Origin: Parvibaculaceae bacterium | GTDB taxonomy: Bacteria; Pseudomonadota; Alphaproteobacteria; RS24 | NCBI GenBank assembly: GCA_965199285.1 | Contig: OZ240687.1 | Coordinates: 127,065-159,064 of the forward strand | DNA: 32,000 nucleotides | Direction: 5' to 3' | Shown here: positions 7,888 through 15,984 of the stretch, one piece after another | How the letters are laid out: the number at the start of each line of letters is the position of its first letter | How positions within the stretch are numbered: position 1 is the stretch's first letter | The notes under the pieces: model-generated | What the model was told of the DNA's origin: nothing | The model's database searches: none | Seen by the model: only the letters and a program-made list of their open reading frames with translations | Translations under genes and position numbers: made by a program

Positions 7888-8594
7888 TAGCTGCTCTCCA
7901 TGCTTTGGTGAAGGGCGGCACTGACGCGTTCGCATGTGTCGAGATATTCTGGTTGGGCGCGAAACTGCTGGTCACGCTTCAAGCTTGTATTGATTTCAAT
8001 ATTGGTAAGTATATGGGCTGGGCGCGGCGAAAGGACAAGAACGCGGTCAGAGAGGTAAACGCTTTCGGTAATGCTATGCGTGACCAAAATTGTGGTGCAA
8101 CCGGTTGTCTGATGAATGCTCCGTAATTCATCCTCAAGCTGATAACGGGTGATTTCATCAAGTGCGGCAAAGGGTTCATCAAGCAGTAATAATTGCGGCT
8201 TTTGTAAAAGCGCGCGCGCGATCGAGACGCGCATTTTCATGCCACCCGATAAATGCTTCGGCAAAGCGGCGGCATAATCCTGCAAGCCGACAAGTTGTAA
8301 AATCTTATCGGCATTTTGAATATCTTTGCCGGCGATTTTAGCAGGCAGGGTGATGTTTTCAATAACATTACGCCATGGCATAAGGGTCGGATCTTGAAAT
8401 ACGAAACCGATATTTTGCGGACACTGGGTAATGGCATGATGGGGAATAAGCCCCGCAATTAGTTTGAGCAATGTGCTTTTGCCACAGCCGGACGCGCCAA
8501 CAATGCTGGTGAAACTTTGCGGCGTAATGGCAAGTGATAAATGATCGAAAATAATATCTTGCCCATATGCAAAAGAAAGTTGGTCAATTTTCAT
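7887..8594 (-). CDS. ABC transporter ATP-binding protein
   Basis: 235 aa with Walker A GASGCGKST, the ABC signature LSGGMKMR and Walker B LLLLDEPF. Confidence 0.9.
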   Translation of the reverse strand: MKIDQLSFAYGQDIIFDHLSLAITPQSFTSIVGASGCGKSTLLKLIAGLIPHHAITQCPQNIGFVFQDPTLMPWRNVIENITLPAKIAGKDIQNADKILQLVGLQDYAAALPKHLSGGMKMRVSIARALLQKPQLLLLDEPFAALDEITRYQLEDELRSIHQTTGCTTILVTHSITESVYLSDRVLVLSPRPAHILTNIEINTSLKRDQQFRAQPEYLDTCERVSAALHQSMESS

Positions 8595-9534
8595 TTATAA
8601 AATCCAAAGTGAAGGCATCTTGCCAAACTAGAGACGTATCATAGATGCCATTTTTTTGCATTAGCGTATAAAAATCACGCCATCGGTTTGCGTCCATATA
8701 ACCGATTTTCTCACCCAGCATATTGCGGTCGCGAATTTGTTTGCGTGCATAAGCAAGTAAAGCCGGCGACATATCAGGATTATTGGCAAGAATTAATGTA
8801 TCACCCGCACTGGGGTTTCCATAAATATATTCTTGCCAGCCTTGTTGGCTGGCACGCACAAAGGCATGAACAATATCAGGGTGCACGGTAATCAGCTGGT
8901 TTTGCGCCATCACCATGGCGGCGTAACCCGGATAGCCATAATCTGAAAGCAGAAAAACCTGCGGGGTGATGCCGCCTTCTATTTCGATTGTATAAGGCTC
9001 GCTGGTGACATAGCCTTGCTGAATGGCTTTGTCATTCACCAAGAAAGGGGCAAGATTAAACGTGTATTTTCTAATTTGCCTATCTTCAAATTGAAACGTT
9101 GATTTCAACCAAATCCAAAAACTGCCAATGGTTGCATCGGCAATCATAATCGGATGCCCGCGCATATCTGCTAATGTACGAATATCTGTGCGCGGATGGG
9201 TGATGAGGACTTGCGGGTCTTTTTGAAATGCGGCCATCACAACTTTCGCATCTATGCCGACTTTTACCATATTGAGCGGAATAAACGCATTTGATCCCAT
9301 TCCAAACTCAATCGCGCCAGCACCCAATAATTGTGGAATATTGATCCCAGGACCACCAGAGATGATGCGAACATCTAGCCCCGCTTTCTCATACAAACCC
9401 ATTGCCTTTGCCTGATAGAAGCCGCCTTGTTCGGCTTGCGCCTTCCAATCGGTCGCAAAGCGAATAATGGGAAGCTCTTGTGCATAAGCAGAGCTTACAA
9501 AAAACGAGAGAAATAATATGGAAAAAAATTTCAT
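8584..9534 (-). CDS. ABC transporter periplasmic substrate-binding protein (NMT1/THI5-like, sulfonate/nitrate/pyrimidine type)
   Basis: The track ORF is 8584..9603. The Met at 9534 begins a signal peptide (MKFFSILFLSFFVSSAYAQ). The gene overlaps the ATPase start by 11 nt. The substrate cannot be deduced from sequence alone. Confidence 0.75.
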   Translation of the reverse strand: MKFFSILFLSFFVSSAYAQELPIIRFATDWKAQAEQGGFYQAKAMGLYEKAGLDVRIISGGPGINIPQLLGAGAIEFGMGSNAFIPLNMVKVGIDAKVVMAAFQKDPQVLITHPRTDIRTLADMRGHPIMIADATIGSFWIWLKSTFQFEDRQIRKYTFNLAPFLVNDKAIQQGYVTSEPYTIEIEGGITPQVFLLSDYGYPGYAAMVMAQNQLITVHPDIVHAFVRASQQGWQEYIYGNPSAGDTLILANNPDMSPALLAYARKQIRDRNMLGEKIGYMDANRWRDFYTLMQKNGIYDTSLVWQDAFTLDFINEN

Positions 9535-9573
9535 AATCGCTATGGTGGCAGAGGAGCGCAGCAAGGTCAAGTA

Positions 9574-10011
9574 ATGAGCTTTTGGAAAAATAAGAAACTG
9601 CAAGATATGACAAAGGCCGAATGGGAGAGCCTGTGTGATGGCTGTGGGAAATGCTGCCTTGTTAAATTGGAAGATGAAGCAACCGGCGCACTTGCCTATA
9701 CAGATATTGCCTGTGATCTTTTGGATTGCCAGAGTTGTCAGTGCAGCGATTATGAAAACCGCATCATGCGGGTGGAAGATTGTGTTTCCCTAACGCCTGA
9801 AACTGTAGCGACGATAGGCTGGTTGCCATCAACATGCGCTTATCGGTTGATTGAGGAAGGAAAGGATTTACCCGATTGGCATCACCTCATTTGCGGTGAT
9901 AAAAATGCTGTTCATGCGCAGGCCATGTCGGTGCGCGGTAGGGTTCACGCGCAAAAAACGATAAAAAATAATTGGGGAAATCATATTATTGATTGGGTCA
10001 TAACCCCATGA
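9574..10011 (+). CDS. ycgN: YcgN-like UPF0260 Cys-rich protein (YkgJ zinc/iron-chelating fold)
   Basis: 145 aa. WESLCDGCGKCCLVKLEDE...YTDIACDLLDCQSCQCSDYENR is the UPF0260/YcgN Cys pattern. Confidence 0.75.
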   Translation: MSFWKNKKLQDMTKAEWESLCDGCGKCCLVKLEDEATGALAYTDIACDLLDCQSCQCSDYENRIMRVEDCVSLTPETVATIGWLPSTCAYRLIEEGKDLPDWHHLICGDKNAVHAQAMSVRGRVHAQKTIKNNWGNHIIDWVITP

Positions 10012-10091
10012 AGAGTTTGTGGATTTTTAATTTAATCCTCTCTAAAAACATTATAAGCATATGAAAAATATAATTTTATTTGATTTTTCGG

Positions 10092-10121
10092 TTGACATAG
10101 CCGCACGCTCAATGCTATAAG
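10092..10121 (+). promoter_or_regulatory. Sigma70-like promoter candidate upstream of the GTA cluster
   Basis: TTGACA (10092-10097), then 16 nt, then GCTATAAG (10114-10121). This resembles the alphaproteobacterial housekeeping consensus (TTGAC.. / GCTANAWC). It rests on sequence resemblance only. Confidence 0.4.
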
Positions 10122-10135
10122 TTATGGCATGATGC

Positions 10136-10175
10136 AAAAAAGTCGGTAAGGAGATGTCTCCCACCTGCTTTTTTT
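10136..10175 (+). terminator. Intrinsic-terminator-like hairpin with flanking A6 and T7 tracts
   Basis: A6 (10136-10141) comes first. The stem pairs G45-C65, G46-C64, T47-A63, G50-C61, G51-C60, A52-T59 and G53-C58, with loop ATGT (10154-10157). Outer pairs G42-C68 and T43.G67 extend it, and T7 (10169-10175) follows. It lies after the promoter candidate and 55 nt before the g1 ATG. Confidence 0.5.
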
Positions 10176-10201
10176 ATGCATTAACTTTTTTATGCATTTA
10201 A
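10168..10201 (+). repeat. Tandem direct repeat C-T(6-7)-ATGCATT-(T)AA, two copies
   Basis: CTTTTTTTATGCATTAA (10168-10184) and CTTTTTTATGCATTTAA (10185-10201). The palindromic ATGCAT cores sit at 10176-10181 and 10192-10197, 16 bp apart, immediately upstream of g1. Confidence 0.7.
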
Positions 10202-10229
10202 TGAATTGAAGTTATCGCGACATTCGAAA

Positions 10230-10535
10230 ATGAATAAGGATAATAAACGCCCTGCCGACATTCTTGATGATGTGCAGGAAAAATTATTACATGCGTTTGA
10301 AGATTTACAACGCAGCCTTCCCCTTCCGGGTGATGAGGTGCCGCAAGATTATGAACGTCTCGCACGGATTATTGAACATATGGTGAAAACGCTCGATACG
10401 CTCAGGCGTTTCGCGCGTGAATATGACAAACAAGAAGAAGAGCAAAACAGCACCAGCCAGTCCACGCTTCTCGCCGAAATTGAACATCGGTTGGGTCGCC
10501 TCTCTGCCACCACAGAAGAGACAGACATTTCTTAA
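10230..10535 (+). CDS. GTA g1-position small protein (small-terminase-like by position)
   Basis: The track ORF starts at TTG 10206. The first ATG is 10230 (MNKDNKRPADILDDVQEKLL...), giving 101 aa. It is predicted helical with an acidic C-terminus. The call rests on its position before TerL only, and no clear RBS precedes either start. Confidence 0.5.
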   Translation: MNKDNKRPADILDDVQEKLLHAFEDLQRSLPLPGDEVPQDYERLARIIEHMVKTLDTLRRFAREYDKQEEEQNSTSQSTLLAEIEHRLGRLSATTEETDIS

Positions 10536-11781
10536 CGGCTTATCAAAGCAAGAAGTTAAAGCGCTGTATTGGTATTGGCCGTTCTGGGCACGAGACGATC
10601 AGTTACCGCCGGACGGGGATTGGACGAGCTGGCTTTTATTAGGTGGACGTGGGGCTGGCAAAACGCGCTCTGGCGCGGAATGGGTGCGGGCGCTGGTGGA
10701 AGCAGATGATAAGGATTCGGGCTGCCGCAATATTGCTCTCATTGGTGAAACACTGGCGGCGGCGCGGCAAGTTATGGTTGAAGGCCCTTCGGGTCTGTTG
10801 AGCGTGTCGCCCCCTTATTTTAAGCCGCGCTTTTATGCCAGCCGCAATATGCTGATCTGGCCAAATGGCGCACGCGCTTATTTATTTTCGGCAATGCGGC
10901 CAGAAAATTTGCGCGGGCCACAATTTGATGCCGCTTGGTGCGATGAATTGGCAAAATGGCGATATGATGAAATGACATGGGATATGCTGCAATTTGGTTT
11001 GCGGTTGGGAGATAATCCGCGTCAGGTTGTCACCACAACGCCAAAACCAACGGCGCTCATTAAACGCCTCTTGGCGGACCCCAAATGCGTTGTGACGCGG
11101 GCCGGAACAAAAGCGAATATCGCCAATCTGGCGCCGTCTTTTATGAAGGATATTGTTGGGCGCTATGAAGGAACCCGGCTTGGTAGGCAAGAATTGGATG
11201 CGGAATTGCTGGAAGATACGCAAGGTGCATTGTGGAATTATGACCTTTTGACGCGTCAGCGTTGCAGTGAGGTTCCGGAATTTGTCCGGATTATTGTTGC
11301 GGTTGATCCGCCGGTTGGTAGTGGTCCGAAAGCAGATGCCTGCGGCATTATTGCCTTAGGGCTAAGCGCGCAAGGGTATGTTTATGTGCTAGATGATTGT
11401 TCGGTGCAAGGCTTAAGCCCCGCCAAATGGGCGCGCCGCGTCATAGATGCGTATCATGATTATGAGGCAAGTGCGCTGGTTGCTGAAATTAATCAGGGCG
11501 GTGAGCTTATTCGCGAATTAATCATCCGCGAGCAGCCGGATGTAAATTATCAAGCGGTACGCGCAACCCGCGGCAAACTTATTCGGGCGGAACCGGTTGC
11601 GGCGCTTTATGAACGTGGAAAAGTGTTTCATATCGGGCGGTTTGACGCGCTTGAAAAAGAAATGTGCCAATATGATGGGCATGGTGCTAGCCCCGACCGC
11701 TTAGATGCGTTGGTGTGGGGTGTCACAGAATTATTGCTGCGCCGCAAGCGCGCCATACGCCCAACCATGCGGCGCTTATAG
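10417..11781 (+). CDS. GTA terminase large subunit (g2 equivalent)
   Basis: 454 aa. The N-terminal GTA TerL pattern is WVASLPPQKRQTFLNGLSKQEVKALYWYWPFWARDDQLPP, and Walker A is LLLGGRGAGKTRSGAEW. The start is uncertain (GTG 10417, ATG 10423 or TTG 10480), and every option overlaps g1. Confidence 0.9.
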   Translation: MNMTNKKKSKTAPASPRFSPKLNIGWVASLPPQKRQTFLNGLSKQEVKALYWYWPFWARDDQLPPDGDWTSWLLLGGRGAGKTRSGAEWVRALVEADDKDSGCRNIALIGETLAAARQVMVEGPSGLLSVSPPYFKPRFYASRNMLIWPNGARAYLFSAMRPENLRGPQFDAAWCDELAKWRYDEMTWDMLQFGLRLGDNPRQVVTTTPKPTALIKRLLADPKCVVTRAGTKANIANLAPSFMKDIVGRYEGTRLGRQELDAELLEDTQGALWNYDLLTRQRCSEVPEFVRIIVAVDPPVGSGPKADACGIIALGLSAQGYVYVLDDCSVQGLSPAKWARRVIDAYHDYEASALVAEINQGGELIRELIIREQPDVNYQAVRATRGKLIRAEPVAALYERGKVFHIGRFDALEKEMCQYDGHGASPDRLDALVWGVTELLLRRKRAIRPTMRRL

Positions 11782-11795
11782 ATTAAGGAGTTAGA

Positions 11796-13010
11796 ATGTC
11801 AGTTTTTGATCCTATGTTAAATAGGTTACCCTTTCGCACGCCGAAAGAGGATTTAGAGAAAAAGCATAGCCGGGTTATGTTCCCCAACACGGATGCGAAT
11901 ATGCAAGCGCGGTGGCCGCAGCATAATTATAGTTCTCATATTCATACTGGATTTCGGCATAATCCGATCGCTTATCGTTGTATTCGGACGATTGCTGAAG
12001 CCAGCGCCTCGTTACCGATTAAAATATTAAATGGCGGGCAAGAAGATGAAACGCATCCGGTTAAAAAATTGCTTGCCTATCCCAATTCTTATCAGACGGG
12101 CATAGATTTGCTGGAGGATTTTTATACTTATTTATTGGTGCATGGCAATAGTTACCTCGAATATGTTGTTGGTGGCGAGCATGAAGGGGGTGATTTTTAT
12201 TCGCTCCGCCCTGATCGGATGAAGCTCGTGCCGGGGCGCGATGGTCGCCCGGTTGCGTATGAATATATGGTGAATGGACAGACCACACGCTTTGCTCAAG
12301 ATGAACATGCCCCCTCTATTTTACATGTGAAAATGAGCGATCCATTGGATGATCATTATGGATATAGTCCTCTTGCTTCGGCAGCAGCGGCGTGTGAGGT
12401 TCATAATACGGCCTGCCAGTGGAATAAATCATTATTTGATAATGCGGCGCGGCCATCTGGCGCTTTAGTTTATCGTGGGGTTGATGGTGCACCGCATTTA
12501 ACCGATGAACAATTTGATCGCCTTAAGCTCGAATTAGAAGAAAATTTTCAAGGCGCGCGTAATGTTGGGCGGCCGCTTTTATTGGAAGGCGGGTTAGAGT
12601 GGAGTGCGATTAGCCTTAGCCCGCAAGACATGGATTTTATCCAAGCCAAACATTCTGCGGCGCGCGATATTGCATTGGCGTTTGGGGTGCCGCCTATGTT
12701 GTTGGGCATTCCCGGTGATAATACTTATGCCAATTATGCGGAAGCAAATCGGGCGCTTTGGCGGCAGACGATTTTGCCACTTGTACAACGGTCTTTGCGT
12801 GCGATCGAACGCCATCTTGCCCATTATTATGCTGACCTCAAACTTACACCTGACCTTAATCAATTGCCTGCCTTATCCGAAGAACGAAACCGATTATGGG
12901 ATCGTGTCGGGGCAGCAGATTATTTAACCGTTAATGAGAAACGGGAAATGGTCGGCTTGCCGCCCCTCGATGCAGGAGATGTGGATGAGGGAGATGAAAA
13001 TGCAGATTAA
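11796..13010 (+). CDS. Phage portal protein, HK97 family (g3 equivalent)
   Basis: 404 aa with RBS AAGGAG at 11785-11790. Portal motifs include NPIAYRCIRTIAEASASLP, HGNSYLE and FGVPPMLLGIPGDNTYANYAEANRALWRQTI. Confidence 0.9.
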   Translation: MSVFDPMLNRLPFRTPKEDLEKKHSRVMFPNTDANMQARWPQHNYSSHIHTGFRHNPIAYRCIRTIAEASASLPIKILNGGQEDETHPVKKLLAYPNSYQTGIDLLEDFYTYLLVHGNSYLEYVVGGEHEGGDFYSLRPDRMKLVPGRDGRPVAYEYMVNGQTTRFAQDEHAPSILHVKMSDPLDDHYGYSPLASAAAACEVHNTACQWNKSLFDNAARPSGALVYRGVDGAPHLTDEQFDRLKLELEENFQGARNVGRPLLLEGGLEWSAISLSPQDMDFIQAKHSAARDIALAFGVPPMLLGIPGDNTYANYAEANRALWRQTILPLVQRSLRAIERHLAHYYADLKLTPDLNQLPALSEERNRLWDRVGAADYLTVNEKREMVGLPPLDAGDVDEGDENAD

Positions 13011-13479
13011 AGGTTATGCAAGCCTGTTTCATGCTCCTGACAAGACAGGCGATGAAATTCTACCCGGCGCATTTCGAAAGACATTAGCACAGCCAACAGA
13101 AGGCTTTGTCCGTATGTTGTATCAACATGATGTAAACCGTCCGATTGGCAAATGGATGACTATTCGTGAGACCAAAAAAGGCCTATGGGTTGAAGGCATA
13201 TTGGCTACCCATTCAAGCGAAGTTAAAAATGTCGCGGCGCTTATTTCGGCTGGTGCTGTTGACGGATTATCGATTGGTTATCGTGTTAATCAGGCCATAA
13301 AAGGGCGTGGGAAAATCCGCCGCTCTATCAGAGAGATTGAGCTGGTGGAAATATCAATTGTAACATTTCCAATGCAATTACAAGCACGTATTCAAAAAAC
13401 AAAAGACTCTGTGGCAACTGCCACAACCCACATGCATGGGGCTGCAAAGCGCCTGCATAAATTATCCATGACCAAGTGA
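13000..13479 (+). CDS. HK97-family prohead protease (g4 equivalent)
   Basis: The track ORF is 12934..13479. The Met at 13000 (MQIKGYASLFHAPDKTGDEILPGAF) overlaps the portal stop by 11 nt. The S49-like prohead protease pattern is YQHD...PIGKW ... DGLSIGY ... EISIVTFP. Confidence 0.85.
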   Translation: MQIKGYASLFHAPDKTGDEILPGAFRKTLAQPTEGFVRMLYQHDVNRPIGKWMTIRETKKGLWVEGILATHSSEVKNVAALISAGAVDGLSIGYRVNQAIKGRGKIRRSIREIELVEISIVTFPMQLQARIQKTKDSVATATTHMHGAAKRLHKLSMTK

Positions 13480-13490
13480 AAGGAAAAAAT

Positions 13491-14702
13491 ATGGAACTGG
13501 AATATGCTTCACAACATGAAGACACACATGAAAATGTGGAAATCAAATCAGCGCTTGATGAGATGCTAACCGCTTTTGAGCAGTTTAAGCATACCAATGA
13601 TGAGCGTTTGGATGAGATTGAAAAGCGACAAGACGCGGATGTGCTCACCGAAGAAAAGCTAGCGCGCATTGATAAGCGTTTGTCACAATTATCAAAAGGT
13701 GTACAAAGTCCGGCTCTTGAAGTTTCAGCATCTAACCGTGATGAGCTGGAAGCGAAAATGGCGTTTTCGGATTATATCCGTTCCGGCAATGCGATGGCGG
13801 TTGCGAATTTATCACGGCGTTCTTATGCTGCGACAAATGGCGATGATGGGGCTTTGTTGGTTCCCGATCAAACTCAGCTTCGGCTTGATAATGTTGTCGG
13901 CATGCAGTCTATTATGCGGCAGCTGGCACATGTGCAACAAGTCATGAGCGGTAGCTATTTGAATGTGGTTTATAGCGATGAAACGGCAAGCGCAAACTGG
14001 GTAGGTGAAACAGCTGCGCGGGCGGAAACAAATGTTGCGCCCTTGCAAGAGCAACGCATTAACTTTTTTGAAATGGTGGCAAATCCTGCTTGCACATCAC
14101 AATTTGTGGAAGATGCAAGCGTCGATGTTGAAAGCTGGTTGGTTGAGAATTTGGCCGAAAGTTTTGCAGAAGTGGAAAGTGAAGCCTTTATCACCGGTAA
14201 TGGCACAAGTCAACCGAAAGGGATTGTAGATGTGACGCTTGGTACGGGCGACAAACAAGTAAGCGCTCTTAAAAGTGGTCAGGCAACAAAATTGGGAACC
14301 GATCCGGTTGCGAAACTTCTGGATTTTTCTTTTGGGCTTGATCGTCGCTATCGCGCCAATGCAAGCTGGTTGATGAATGGCTCAACGCTTTCAGAAATTC
14401 GGAAACTGAAAGATAGTGATGGTAATTATATTTGGGTTCCAAATCTGTCAGCCGGACAAGCGGCAACATTATTGGGTCACCCTGTTTATGAAGAAAGCAA
14501 TATGCCAGATATTGCTGCCAATGCCTTACCAATTGCATTTGGGGATTTCAAATCTGCCTATATGATTATTGATCGGCGCGGCCTCTCATTGCTTCGTGAT
14601 CCGTATAGCAATAAACCTTATATCATGTTCTATTGCACCCGACGCGTCGGTGGCGCGGTGGTCAATTATAAGGCTTATCGGTTGTACCAGATTGCGGCAT
14701 AA
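13491..14702 (+). CDS. HK97-type major capsid protein with an N-terminal coiled-coil (delta-like) domain (g5 equivalent)
   Basis: The track start is GTG 13476. The ATG at 13491 has an AAGGA RBS 6 nt upstream. The C-terminal region (FAEVESEAFITGNGTSQPKGI ... YIWVPNLSAGQAATLLGHPVYE) is typical of the HK97 capsid family. Confidence 0.9.
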   Translation: MELEYASQHEDTHENVEIKSALDEMLTAFEQFKHTNDERLDEIEKRQDADVLTEEKLARIDKRLSQLSKGVQSPALEVSASNRDELEAKMAFSDYIRSGNAMAVANLSRRSYAATNGDDGALLVPDQTQLRLDNVVGMQSIMRQLAHVQQVMSGSYLNVVYSDETASANWVGETAARAETNVAPLQEQRINFFEMVANPACTSQFVEDASVDVESWLVENLAESFAEVESEAFITGNGTSQPKGIVDVTLGTGDKQVSALKSGQATKLGTDPVAKLLDFSFGLDRRYRANASWLMNGSTLSEIRKLKDSDGNYIWVPNLSAGQAATLLGHPVYEESNMPDIAANALPIAFGDFKSAYMIIDRRGLSLLRDPYSNKPYIMFYCTRRVGGAVVNYKAYRLYQIAA

Positions 14703-14704
14703 TT

Positions 14705-15268
14705 ATGATTAGCCTTTTAACACAAGGGCCGCAAATTGAACCCGTAACGGTCGCGCAACTGCGCGACCATTTGCGCTTGGATAGTTCCGAAGATAATCTT
14801 TTGGCGAGCCTGATTAGCTCGGCGCGGATGGTGGTGGAAGCCCAAAGCGGTGTGCATTTGATTAATCAGAAATGGAATTTCATTCTTGATGAATGGCCGC
14901 AAAATCATGTTGCCCTATCGCAATGGCCGGTCATATCTGTGGATAAGATCAATGTGATCGGCACCGAAGTGGAATTAGTTTCACCAGAAACATACCGCCT
15001 CGAAACCTATGCGCGACCCGCCACGATATGGTTAAATGAAGGGCAAATATGGCCACAAATTAAGCGCGATAAAATGGGGATCGTCATTGAAGCATCGATC
15101 GGTTATGGCGCGCGGGCGGATGATGTTCCCGAACCCTTGCGGCATGTCATTATGCTGCTGGCGGCGCATTGGTTTGAAAGCAATGAGTGGAATGGACAAA
15201 TTCCCTCATCGCTTATTCCCGCTTCAATTACCGGCATGCTGCAAAATTATCGGCAAATGCGAATCTAA
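14705..15268 (+). CDS. Head-tail connector/adaptor protein (gp6-like, g6 equivalent)
   Basis: 187 aa. VTVAQLRDHLRLDSSEDNLLASLISSARMVVEAQSG is the phage gp6-like head-tail connector N-terminal pattern. Its position follows the capsid gene. Confidence 0.75.
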   Translation: MISLLTQGPQIEPVTVAQLRDHLRLDSSEDNLLASLISSARMVVEAQSGVHLINQKWNFILDEWPQNHVALSQWPVISVDKINVIGTEVELVSPETYRLETYARPATIWLNEGQIWPQIKRDKMGIVIEASIGYGARADDVPEPLRHVIMLLAAHWFESNEWNGQIPSSLIPASITGMLQNYRQMRI

Positions 15269-15269
15269 A

Positions 15270-15590
15270 ATGCGGCGGCTTAAATTTCAATTACAACAGC
15301 AAAATCTTCATAATGATGGTTTTGTTTGGGAAACCGTTTCTGAACTGTGGGGGCATTTAATGTCCCGCCATCACAAATTGGAAATTCGGGCCGGCGTAGA
15401 AGAGCAAATCGTAACCCATATGATCCGCCTTCATTATCATGAGGGCATTCGTCCGGGTATGCGATTTCTACGCGGCACACGAATATTCGAGATATTGACA
15501 GTCAATGATGTGGGTGAACGCCAGCGCCGTATGGATTGTTTGTGTAGCGAGCAAATTGAACTTGACCCCCTATGGGAGCGTGAGACATGA
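15270..15590 (+). CDS. Head-tail adaptor / head closure protein (g7 equivalent)
   Basis: The track ORF 15036..15590 overlaps g6. The in-frame ATG at 15270 lies 1 nt after the g6 stop and gives 106 aa. Size and position match the SPP1 gp16/HK97 gp9-like adaptor of GTA clusters. Confidence 0.65.
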   Translation: MRRLKFQLQQQNLHNDGFVWETVSELWGHLMSRHHKLEIRAGVEEQIVTHMIRLHYHEGIRPGMRFLRGTRIFEILTVNDVGERQRRMDCLCSEQIELDPLWERET

Positions 15591-15973
15591 GTATGGCTGC
15601 AAATGCGTTATTGGATAGAGTGTTTGAACATATCAGCGCCGATTCCGAATTACAAAAATTATATCATAAGCACGCTGGCCCGCGCCGGCGTTTGCCGCGC
15701 ATATCATTTGATTTTATCGAAACCCAACCGGTTGAGCAGATTGCGGATTTGGAACGCCACAGGCTGCAATTTTCAATCTGGGCAGATTTACACGCAATGG
15801 CGGAAATATTGGATTGGGGTCACAAAATGCGATCCCATTTCGATAATTTAGACGCGCCCGAAAATTATCATTTGGTTGAGTTTCGAGTTTTGCAACAAAA
15901 TCTCAGCCCCGATTATGGGGATCGATTATGGCGTTATGAAATTCAATATGAAGCGCTAACCGAGCCACGCTGA
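15587..15973 (+). CDS. DUF3168-type tail completion/terminator protein (g8 equivalent)
   Basis: 128 aa with an ATGA overlap onto g7. Size and position match the GTA g8 family. Confidence 0.6.
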   Translation: MSMAANALLDRVFEHISADSELQKLYHKHAGPRRRLPRISFDFIETQPVEQIADLERHRLQFSIWADLHAMAEILDWGHKMRSHFDNLDAPENYHLVEFRVLQQNLSPDYGDRLWRYEIQYEALTEPR

Positions 15974-15984
15974 AGGAGATAAAA

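Noticed and set aside
10154-10201. 15-codon mini-ORF (MSPTCFFYALTFLCI) starting inside the leader hairpin right after AAGGAG, plus other 2-19-codon ORFs in 10061-10209
   Set aside because: The AAGGAG abuts the ATG with zero spacing and forms one arm of the hairpin. Nothing here can be distinguished from chance in AT-rich sequence.
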